Shown here: piece after piece, positions 1 through 9,974 of the stretch
How positions within the stretch are numbered: position 1 is the first letter of the stretch
Layout: each line of letters opens with the position of its first letter
Assembly (NCBI GenBank): GCA_000320545.1
Contig: ADNK01000035.1
Span: forward strand, 62,001 to 126,000
DNA from: Bigelowiella natans CCMP2755
Taxonomy: Eukaryota > Protista > Cercozoa
Length of the DNA: 64,000 bases
Reading direction: 5' to 3'
Notes under the pieces: generated by a model
The model's database searches: none
What the model was told of the DNA's origin: nothing
The model's input: only the letters and a program-made list of their open reading frames with translations
Translations under genes and position numbers: made by a program

Positions 1-955
1 TCCCTTTTGAAAGTGGTTTGATTGCTATTAGTTTCGGGTGAAAGTGCGTAGACGTACTCAGAAAGACTACAAAACTGTTCCGCTTCTGGAGAATGATGGC
101 GTGCGATTTCTTCCACCACAGGAGTGAACCTTGTATCTCCCTTTGGCATTAATGTTGTCAGAGGCATGAGTCTATAAAAACGCGACGTTAAGGAAACTCG
201 TGTGAGGAGTCGAGAGTTAGCCCGAAGGTCGTCATGACCCAAAATCTCATCGCGATCCTCTTCTCGATTGTAGAAAGTAAAAAGAAAGTTAAAACATGTT
301 GAAAAGTAAGAACTTCCAAGGACGTAATCATTGGCGGCCCAATCTATACGGAATTCTAATGTTGCAACAATATCATCGTTGCGCCTATTCGGAAGAATCC
401 ACCACCTTAAAAAAATCCGAAAACAATATAAGAATGGTGGAAAATTAGGAAATGGTTAGCTGAAACTTACGGATCGATTGTCCAGCATCGTAGATAACCT
501 CTTGCCCCAAGGCTGGAGGTGAAGTTGACATATTGAATTTGCTGAAAATAATTGTGGGAATTGAGGTACGTTACATTCGGTAACGGACAGGAGACCGGGC
601 TGTACTCATTCAGTAACAATGAACTTGGACTTTGGCAGAATGTCATCTTAAAGTGTTGATATTCATCCCCTTCTTTGATTATGTTGAGTTTGTTTCGGAT
701 CCCGCGCTGCCCAAGTTTCTGTGCATTATTGATGGCCACGAGTAATGTGAAACACAGCACTATGGTGCTAGTAATTACAAATAGCGCCCATTCCTTCCAG
801 GAATTGATGTTATGGAGATTTTTCAATTTTTTAATCGCTCGAATTGGAAGACTTTCGCGTCTACTAATTGTAGGCGAGGGCCGTGGACTCTGCATTCGTG
901 TTTGCAGTCTTATAGGTTCTCTTGCTTGCTTTTCATCAAGCTTATCATACGTCAT
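1..955 (-). CDS. Hypothetical membrane protein, 5' part (runs off the window start); exons ~955-471 and ~406-1
   Basis: ORF 467..1000 has a hydrophobic segment (WALFVITSTIVLCFTLLVAI) and ends at a GTAAG donor. After an AG acceptor near 407 the frame (WWILPNRRNDDIVATLEFRIDW...) stays open to position 1. Confidence 0.7.
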
Positions 956-1292
956 GCTATCCCTTCTACCAGTATTTAGTGTCCCTAGAAACTCATTCAA
1001 TTCTATTCGTAATTGCTATTCAAGACCCAAGCTGTTGAACAACCAACTATGATCACAGATCCTTAATGCCACAGATAATCCTCATCATCATGACGATTGC
1101 AGCCATTTCCCGAGATTTGTTGTCTCATTCATTGACAGCTAAAACCCATGTCTCATGTGACAAAATGCCCAGCATTTTTGTGCCATCATTTGTCAATTTA
1201 ACTGCAAATTCTGGACGGAGTTCAACCCAAGTGAGGGAGGGTTGCCACATGGCTTCCCCTCGAAATCCGAATTCGCCGATGCGGCGCGCGAT

Positions 1293-1575
1293 GTGGTGAT
1301 AGGCGGGGGTTTTCGGTCACCAGGGTGGCTTTTCCTCCCACCCATGAACCACATTCTCGTTCAGTGGTGGGACAGACAGACATGTCGCCCCAGCCACCGG
1401 TGACTCGGTTGCCAAGTTGAGGGTGTTTGGATGTCTGCACTCAAGATTCAAAGTTGCATCCGCCGGAGTGGTGATGGGCGGGGGGGTTTTTCGGTCACGA
1501 AGGTGGCTTTTCCCCTCATCCCTGAAACACATTCCTGTTCACCGGTGGGGGCCAGCCCGGTGACTTGGTTGCCAA
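1293..1575 (+). repeat. Imperfect tandem duplication (~1293-1415 and ~1468-1575)
   Basis: GTGGTGATAGGCGGGGGTTTTCGGTCACCAGGGTGGCTTTTCC versus GTGGTGATGGGCGGGGGGGTTTTTCGGTCACGAAGGTGGCTTTTCC. Both copies end in CCGGTGACTYGGTTGCCAA. Confidence 0.85.
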
Positions 1576-1639
1576 ACGAAGGATGTTCGGATTTGTGTCT
1601 GAGGTTCATCCCGGACGAATCCCGTCAGGATGAACGTGC

Positions 1640-1912
1640 CCTCCTCCAACTTTGTGCCATCCAGCACAGGCAATGTCTCCGCAAAAGCCGGGGACGTTGT
1701 GGTTGGCGTGAAGCTCGTGCTTCCGATTGCAAATTGATGGGGGCAATGCCTCCGCAAAAGCCGGGGATGTCGTGGTCAACGCGAAGCCTCGTCGTCCAAG
1801 CTGGCAAGTGGACCAAGCAGGAAGAATGTGTCCTCCACCAACTTCGTGCCATCCAGCAGGGGCAATGTCTCCGCAAAAGCCCGGGATGTTGTGGTTGGCA
1901 TGAAGCTTGTGC
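1640..1912. repeat. Three imperfect copies of a coding-like repeat (GGCAATGYCTCCGCAAAAGCC core)
   Basis: Copies at ~1640-1722, ~1742-1790 and ~1832-1912. The minus strand reads HN(V/I)PGFCGDIA in two copies and HDIPGFCGGIA in the middle one. Confidence 0.85.
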
Positions 1913-2631
1913 ACCCAAGTGGACCACGAGGTCCGTGGGGTTGTTCGCTTGGGGTTTGAAGGTGTGGTGTTCTTGCTTGGCAATCTCCAAAAGTGAGAAA
2001 AGCACGACGACGGCATGATTTTCGGGGTGCAAAAAGCACAGAGAAGTCATGGTCCTGAAGTTGGCAAAGATCAGGCACAAAAGAGTGAAACTGGGATGTG
2101 GGGAGTGGAGGAGTGGCCAGAGTGCCGTTCTTGGTTCCTTTTTGTTTCACCAGTTGGTCCTCACTGGCCAGACTGGCCCACCAAAGTTGGTTCGAGGCAC
2201 AGTTTTCAGTCCTCACTGAAGCCAGTTCGAGGCACTCTGGCACTGCACTTCGCACACTGCAAGTGTCTTGTCACACTTTGGAAGTGTGGTTTTTCATCAT
2301 TGTTCTCATCGTTCCCTCCAAATTGACAACCCTCGACGCAAGACGCAACGCAAGTCGGTGGGGGAAAAGTGTGAAAACTCCAACCAAGCCCCTCACTCAC
2401 GGGGCAACCAGGCAACCACGGGGAAGCAAGTCTCAAAGTTGCCGCCGCGCGCGCCTTCCCAGTGACTCAAGAGCTCTCTGGCTCTCTCACTCAAGAGTCA
2501 AAACAAAAACCAACAATGAAGGCTTCAGGTCCTTGGTGTGACTCGCTGCCGAAGCTCCCCATGTCCCTGAATGCAAGTTGAAGCGTACCAGCACGATTCA
2601 AGCCAGTCAGGACGCATCACAACAGCTAACA

Positions 2632-2766
2632 CGTCAATTTTCAATCCTTGTTGAAACTTGTTCAGCTCGAGGCACTGCGTTTCGCACTTTGCAAGCTCCA
2701 GAGCTAGCACGTTGCAATGAGCACAAAGCCCAATTGACAAAGCCAGAAAGCCCCAGAGCCAGAAGT
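2632..2766 (+). repeat. 135-bp direct repeat, copy A (copy B at 4409-4543; degenerate third copy ~2200-2290)
   Basis: Direct alignment gives 130/135 identity, and all 5 differences are transitions. Confidence 0.95.
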
Positions 2767-3400
2767 TGTGGTCAGTTTGCGACCACCAAGTGCATGCAAG
2801 CGCGCATGCACGTGCATGAGCACAAAAGGCAGTGCACGTTGTGCTTCATCGTGCCCAACACTTTCATGTGAGCGTGCTCGTGTGGGTTCAGGCCATCGTT
2901 CCTGTGCCTCAGTTGGTCACATGGGGGCATGCAACTTGCGTTGCATGCCCAGAAACGTGGTCATGGGAGGGGGCACGTGCAATTGGAAACACCCTTCTCG
3001 GTTGTTTCCCAACCGTGGATGTTTCCAGGAGCACCCTCGGTGTTTCACTTGCGACATGGAGTCGGCCTGCGCATCGTGATGTCATGGGGGAAAATGGCCC
3101 ACGTTTTCCCTGACGTTTTGGGCAACTGCTGCTGCGCAGCACGTTGCTGCTGGGGACGCTGTGTGCCCAGCACACGATGTGCATTGGCGCGCAACGCGCT
3201 GGTTTGGCACACTCCAAAAGACCCGCAAGCAAGCGGTGAGCTTTCTTCTTTGGCAGCACGCTCATGCACGCTCACATCGTGTCACTTGTTCAACAGGGCA
3301 TCAGTTTTGTGCACAAAGCATTGTCAAAGCACACATTGCAACAGTTGTGTTGTCAGCGCTGCGCAATGCAACCACACTGGTGGCGGACGAACCACGTCAA

Positions 3401-4410
3401 ATGGAAGATCAAGGGAACTCATTTGGGGCTCAGGGGGAGCCCAGGAACCATGCAGAGGAAGCTGAGAGCAAGGAATCCAGGATTGAAAACCCGGAAGTTT
3501 CGACGGGTGGCTGTGTGACACGGGAAGGCATCCCAGTGGCTCAGCCCGTGACTTCCAGACGTTCAAGTGAGCTTGGATCGGGCGCCCGGCATTCCCTGAC
3601 GACGGATGAGGTTCTGGAGCAGTTTGGTGACCTGACTGTTTCTGCAGGCCGACGAGTTGCAAAGTGTGTTTTGCACTGCGACGGCATCGACAAAGGTGTG
3701 AACAACTTGGTCAGAACGACAACAACCACTGACTTGGAATCGCGGGAGTTCGCATTTCATCGTTGTTTGGATGAGGGAACAACTTTGCGAACTTGGGCCT
3801 GCACGATTGAGAAGTGTGGAGACCCGTGTTGTGCTCCGCCAGGCATGGCGGATCCGATGGAGCGGAAGGCCAAGCTGCAGCCTTCGGTCCGAGACATTGC
3901 GGGTGCAATCGATTCGTTTCGACGGCACTGCCCTGTTGAAGGCAAGCTGTGTGTGGCCACTGTGAGCCCGGCACAGTTCCGTGGGAATGCTCGTGGGCTT
4001 CGTGATGAAATTGAAGCACGTGCTGCTTTGGTCGGCCAAGCCGACTTGGGGTTCGGTTGCAAATGTTTCCAGACGTGTTTGTCCTCTCATGCGCTTGAGA
4101 GGCTCCGTCGGGAAGCTGTGAGGAACGGGTGTGCTTCGGAGAGTCCGGAGACCCAGTTTGAGATGGCTCTGCAGCACCTCTGCGATGAGGAGGATGAAGA
4201 AAAGCTTCAGCGCGACTTCGAGGATGAGCTCGATTTTCTTCGGCGAAAGCGGTGTCGAAATGTTGATGCGATGCAACGGCAGTTCAGCGAGCTTCTTCTG
4301 GAGTTTGCTGGGCTTCACTTTGGGCATGCCAACAAGTTGCGGTGCTTCCGGCGCTTGTTGGTGGGACACCAGTTGCACGACAGGTTCATCGCGCCACTTG
4401 ACGGATTTCG
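3401..4410 (+). pseudogene. Gag-like ORF of a retroelement with Tyr codons converted to Cys/His; truncated at the 135-bp repeat
   Basis: Part of ORF 3161..4594 from MEDQG. About 336 aa with 0 Tyr, ~17 Cys and ~11 His, and a charged helical C-half (ALERLRREA...EKLQRDFEDELDFLRRKR...MQRQFSELL). The gag assignment rests on general resemblance only. Confidence 0.5.
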
Positions 4411-4543
4411 TCAATTTTCAATCCTTGTTGAAATTCATTCAGCTCGAGGCACTGCGTTTCGCACTTTGCAAGCTCCAGAGTTGGCACGTTGCAATGAGCA
4501 CAAAGCCCAATTGACAAAGCCAGAAAGCCCCAGAGCCAGAAGT
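4409..4543 (+). repeat. 135-bp direct repeat, copy B
   Basis: Matches 2632-2766. Confidence 0.95.
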
Positions 4544-5205
4544 GTCGCACCACACTTTGGAAGTGCAGTCAGCCGCGAACGACACCTTCCCTGACGTGAA
4601 GCCAGCAAAACTGGAGGCGAAGGAGTCGATGAAGGCTGCGTGCCAGCTAGAAGGGATCGAGTTGCCGTCAATCTGCAATTGTGTCGTCTGCACTCTAGCA
4701 CCACAATGACAAATTTGATGCCCCTCCCCGCCATGGTCCGCTCTGTCTAGCTCGCTCGATCAAGCGGTGATTGGACAATTGTTGTGCGCAATCCTGGCGG
4801 TGCACGTACGCGTGCAGCGATGAGCGCGACAAGCTAGCAGGGTAGCCGGCGCAGCGCAGAGAGGGCTAGAGGGGAGAGGATGAGGTGTGTCCTTGCTAGC
4901 TTGGTTGGACACGTGGACACGTTCATGGGCATGCTACATGCAATCACTATCTCTAGATCTATGTAATGCATTTTTGCAAAAGTTCCCATGCATGCCATGT
5001 CTCTTGAACCTAATCTAGATGCATGATGACCTAATTCGTCATGTCATCAGAATGTGTAAAAATACATGTGCATGCACTTAAATCGGGTTTGGTTAAGCTA
5101 CAAGCGACAACGTTCACATGAGTCTTTTAATCCTCATTACTGATGTCCTTCATAACTTGTTGATAATAAGTGATAATTTTTTTCGTACCAGTAATATATC
5201 TGAAA

Positions 5206-7386
5206 TCATGTGCTGTCATTAATTTCAATTTTCGATTCTGGGATGTGCTTCTTTATTGCTATCATCCAATCAACAAGCTCCTCCTCCGACTCCGCTTTGT
5301 AGTAGTGCCTGGTTTCAAAAATAATAATTACATTCCAAAGAATCACTATAACCACTGTATTACCTAGTTGCTCCTCCTACTACAGAAAAAATTCCTCTGC
5401 TGGGTTCCACAATTTCAAAAGCACACCTGCCAATCGAAGTAAGGTAAGAAAATGTTGAGACAATGATGGATGATTGTACTTACGCATCTTCCTTGGGGGC
5501 TAAGTTGACTTGACAATCTCGGAGACATATGGTGACCTCTGGCTGAACAGCATTTTTACTGTCGAACTGATGAAAGAAACCGGACCTGCTCAAAACTACA
5601 TGCGACTTTTTCCATGTAGTTTTCAAAAATTTTCCTTGACGGTACAAAACACTCTGGCGTTGGCATTCTTGCGCATATAATCGAGACAGAGTTTTCGGAT
5701 CTCGATGGGGGGGTTGTATTTCGAATACGTTATCTGCATGTAATGCTGCTGCACGTTTGCCTTTCGAATCAGAAGGAGCGACAATAAGATCTGCCTGGCG
5801 GATGAATTCATTCACATCCGTCTCGCGATCGATACCCTTCACCGCATCGATTGCAGACTCAGTGAACTTGATGCCATCCTGTTCAGATGGAACATCTCAG
5901 GAAATGTGCAGTAAATGAATGAATTAAACGAAGACCTCAAACATGGCTTTCTGCGCCAGTAGGTAATCGAGAATAATCGACTGGGTCTTATCAATTCTTC
6001 TCCCATCTTCAACCTTAAAGTCTCTAAATAGTCTTGTCATTTCCTTCCTATATTGCATCTCCTGTTTTCTGAGGTTCGCGACATCTCGGTCGTACAACCT
6101 ACATGCCACGAAAGGATCCCGCGTTACATGCTTATCAGCTAACTCTAATCGCTGCCGTTCCTGCACAGCTTTCGCATATGCCACCCACGAATCCATGCAT
6201 TTACTCCGGGCAGTTTTGATCACTTTCGACAGTCGTTTACCACTCTGCAAAATAAATTGGAGCTCAATATGGTACTATTCCGGTTATCGCTAAGTCTTTG
6301 CTTACCGCTTCTAACTGTTTGGAATTAACGAACATATTTTTCGTGAGATCAGATGCCTCTCGTCCCGTATCCGTAAGAATTCGCTCCCTCATTTCGGAGT
6401 AATGATCTGCCATTGATTTTGAGAGGATCCCCTGAAAAAAGAGTAGGTCTATGGTATCTACCGGGGAACGCGTGACTGGTATTTTTCACCTGTGCTATAC
6501 ATGCTTGGCGAAGTGTCCCTGTCTCTTCTCCCCCATAAGGTGTAAGGTTTCGATATCCCTAGGCAGTATGTCAACATTACTTCTCATTCAAGCAGTTTCT
6601 ACTATGAAGACTCGAATAAATTAAAATTTCACCTGAGCAAGATTCAGCATAGTCTTGTTCCACTTGGTTATAAACTGTTGAAGTTCGTCGGATGTTTTCT
6701 TCGCTAGATTTTGTCGCTTGACCATGAGTTTGAAACGATCTTCTTGCTTCTTCCAGAAGGCATCCTCTGAATACGAAATGTTAGAAATCTTAAAATGACA
6801 CTGGAAGTATGGCAATACCTTTTTCCATCATCATCAAAATATTCTGCTGTTCCTTGTTAATTGCGGCCCTCCGAGTCGCTTGTTCTTGCAGAACACGATT
6901 TTTTTCCTCAGCAATATAATTAGCATTCTCTTCGAAAGATGACAAAATCTCCTTCTTTGTTCCGCGTTTTGTGTCGCTTGAGTCTTGTATAGCTATCCTA
7001 TAATCCTCATGGGTTTTCTTCGTATCCAAATCGATACCGCTTTCTATATCCAAATGGTCTACAGTATTATTGCTTCGGTTATTTTCATCTCCGACTGTGC
7101 TTCCGCTCTCATCAGATTTTCGGGGTCGACTGCTACTAGATTGTGCATTGTCTTGCGCCTCAACTGCTGCAATTTTCTGCATGAAGTGCTTGCGACCGAT
7201 AGTGTGAGGTATTTGGTTGTGTAAATCCCTTTCCAAGGGAGATCGATATTGCACTGATTCTTCTTTTAAATTAGCACTTTCCTCAAAGCTTGTACTTGAA
7301 CTTGTGAGCGTCTCTGCCGCTGCCGATTTTTGTACCGCAAAAGAACTTCGAGTGTGATCGGCGTGATTAGGAAGCACCACTGACAT
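5206..7386 (-). CDS. BAR/F-BAR-like coiled coil plus C-terminal PH domain protein (Slm1/2-like architecture), multi-exon
   Basis: ORFs 6790..7386, 6621..6815, 5924..6250 and 5480..5842 are joined by GT-AG introns. PH motifs: RQGKFLKTTWKKSHVVLSRSGFFHQF ... HYYKAESEEELVDWMIAIKK. Stop TGA at 5206-5208. Confidence 0.8.
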
Positions 7387-9275
7387 AGGGTCAATATTAA
7401 ATCTACTTCCTACCTTACTCTGGATTTTAGGCTACAAAGACCAAAATCCGAGAGCAGACTTGGTTCTTATTCTTGGAAACCAATAGGTAACGAAGTTGGT
7501 TTTAGTTTCTACACACCAAATTCTCCCATTCCCCCGCCCGATTTGTGGGCTTGCTGCTTCTGGGGCTAGTCCACGCCTTTAGCTAACCGCTTTCCTTTCC
7601 TGTATCTTTCCAGTGAACACGTACGAGAATTTTTTTGGCGAAATGATTTGCTGCTATTTCTAAAAACTAAAGTTGTTTGAAAGGGGGCAACTAAATCCCT
7701 GGCAGCAAGAGAATAATAGCTTAGCGAGCACCGGAGGCATTAAGTGCTTTAAGAGATATATTTTACTCTTCAAAACCGACTAAATTCTAAAAATTGATCC
7801 TTTATAAACTTTATTTCATAATTCTTTTTGTCGTAGATATATTTTATATCCCGATTTAAATTATCAATTTCGTATAGTCAACACAACACGTCTGGCTCTT
7901 AGAGAAAGTATAAGTTAGTCCGCAAATTCTTCGTAGCTCAAGATAATTTGGCAATTTTAGTGAATCTAGCCTATAAATTAGTAGTAATATGATTGAATTT
8001 GAAAGAAATACAAGGACTTTTAATTCTCTTAAATCTGAAAGTTCCTTCGAAGTTCTGCCTTTGTTTTATTTAAAACATGGAGATTCACGTCTGTAAGTTG
8101 TACTGACCAAACATGGAGGCTATAATTTCCATCTTAATTACTTTTTATTTGTCGCAAATAATTATGCTCAAAGAATGGGTTACAGTTCAATCTGTTTTTC
8201 ATCTCGTATTTGTCAAATTAATCTGTATTAGTATAGGTTTGAATTATCTGGGGTTCATTGGTTACGACATAATCTGTGAGAACGTTGGATTTTTCCCGAT
8301 ACGACTCGTATCCAACAAAACAGATTCTGTCGCTCCTATGGAAGCGAAGAGCGAAGTAGGAAAATACACAAGAGACGTAGCATTGTTATTTCATGGAAGC
8401 AACACATTTCCCCTGGCTAGCAAGCTAGGCCCTAAAGTCTTGTAGATCTTGTCAGTTATCTTCCGAAGTCATAGGTTTAATTTTCATTGGTCATTTTGGT
8501 TGGTTTTTATCCTAGATCTAGATCTAATGAATGTGTAGTGGAACAAGTTGCGTGACCCCAACAAACACGAGTACAGCCCGACAGAAGATTTAAGCAACAA
8601 CACAAACGACAAAAATGTCCAGATTAGCAGTCTATTTTTAGAACATGCCTCATACCGAGAAAGATTATTGGGGGAAACACAGGCCGTTAAACAGGATTGG
8701 ACACTGTGAAACCATTCGTAACATCCAGCCAACAAATCGACTTGTTTCAAAGAACACCACGATTTAACCTACACAAACACATATTAAATTAGCATTGCAA
8801 TAGGTCCAAATGTAAAAATGTAAACATGGCAAATTAATGGGATAATTACAATTACTACTATCACATCATCATCATCATCATCGTCATCATCAACATAGTT
8901 CTGATATTATTATTTATTACACGATAGTTCTGGTAGTAAAAGTAAGCAAATAAACACTGTAAATTCATTCACTCATTCATTTCATAATTCTGATAGAAGA
9001 GGACTAAAGAGAAGACATGTGCTCATAGCGCACACTGAAGGTCCCTCGAGCTCATTTTGCTATGTACAGACTCTTCTACTGCACAATATGCGACCAAGGC
9101 CTATGTTAACAATGCCACAGTCGGGGAACTGTGTCCATTTGTTTCAAACTTGTTTCGAACATCATTTCTGGGAATGAATTTGCTTCGAGGCGAAGGATTA
9201 TAGCCAACGATTTTGGGAATCGCATTGTGATGCACTGTGCTAACTTACAAAGATAGCAAATGACAGTGCTAGGCC

Positions 9276-9311
<36 letters not shown>

Positions 9312-9974
9312 CACCCGCTGTGGTAGTTAGGGTAGAAGAGAATTGTACTTGCTCTAGCTTTTACATCAATTGCAGTGTATCTCCTTATCTCTATGTTGAG
9401 GATCGTAACGTCAATCTCTTGCAGAATCTCATTGCGTCGTTATCGTTCATGACCCGTGGTCCTCAGCTGGTGTAGCGCCAACTTTCAAGGTATTTATGTA
9501 TTTTTCTTCTCTCCATTTGATCAATTTGAAGGCCCGTTATGAGATCATAGGAATTCAGAAAATTTTAAGAAATAACCCATATTTTGCCACCTTTGTTATT
9601 CTTTCTTAGACGGCACAGTTGGTGGAAATCAATATTAGGGGGCTTTTCATGATTCAGCGCTGATTTAAATCTTTCCTCTACTGTTCAGTGTTAAAAAGGG
9701 CATTGACGCTATCATTTTTGTAACTACTGTCACAACACAGTGACAAAGGGAAGGAAAAGCGGAACCCAGGGCAGCTCTATTTCCTCAGACTCCTACCAAA
9801 AAACGAGTCCTCCCTACGCATTTCCTACCGCACTGGCCACGGTCGGAGCGTCAAAACTCTTCCCCAGCCCAAGTTAATAGACTTAATCAACACTCCACAT
9901 CTTCACAAGCGTCAGTACCTGTCGCCGCTAACGGGGCGTATTCACATGTTAGAGACGAGAAACATAGGCTCGTA

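Larger units (their letters stand above)
1230..4760. mobile_element. Hypermutated, TpA-free transposon/repeat relic, probably composite
   Basis: GC-richer than its flanks and intronless, with several internal direct repeats and a helical gag-like ORF. Only 3 TpA sites between 1302 and 4647. Confidence 0.75.

Noticed and set aside
1640-1912. CRISPR-like repeat-spacer array
   Set aside because: Repeats are long and degenerate with related 'spacers', the context is eukaryotic, and there are no cas genes.
1066-3465. Many overlapping 60-195 aa ORFs on both strands
   Set aside because: Artefact of missing TAA/TAG codons in TA-free DNA; no Tyr and no recognisable domains.
1302-4647. Classical RIP or CpG-methylation decay as the cause of the TG/CA excess
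   Set aside because: RIP raises TpA and CpG decay lowers CpG; here TpA is absent and CpG is plentiful.
8077-9210. Possible plus-strand spliced gene (MEIHV|GTAAG..., ORF 8113..8445, further open pieces)
   Set aside because: Could not join the exons without in-frame stops, and no domain was recognised; may be a pseudogene or non-coding.
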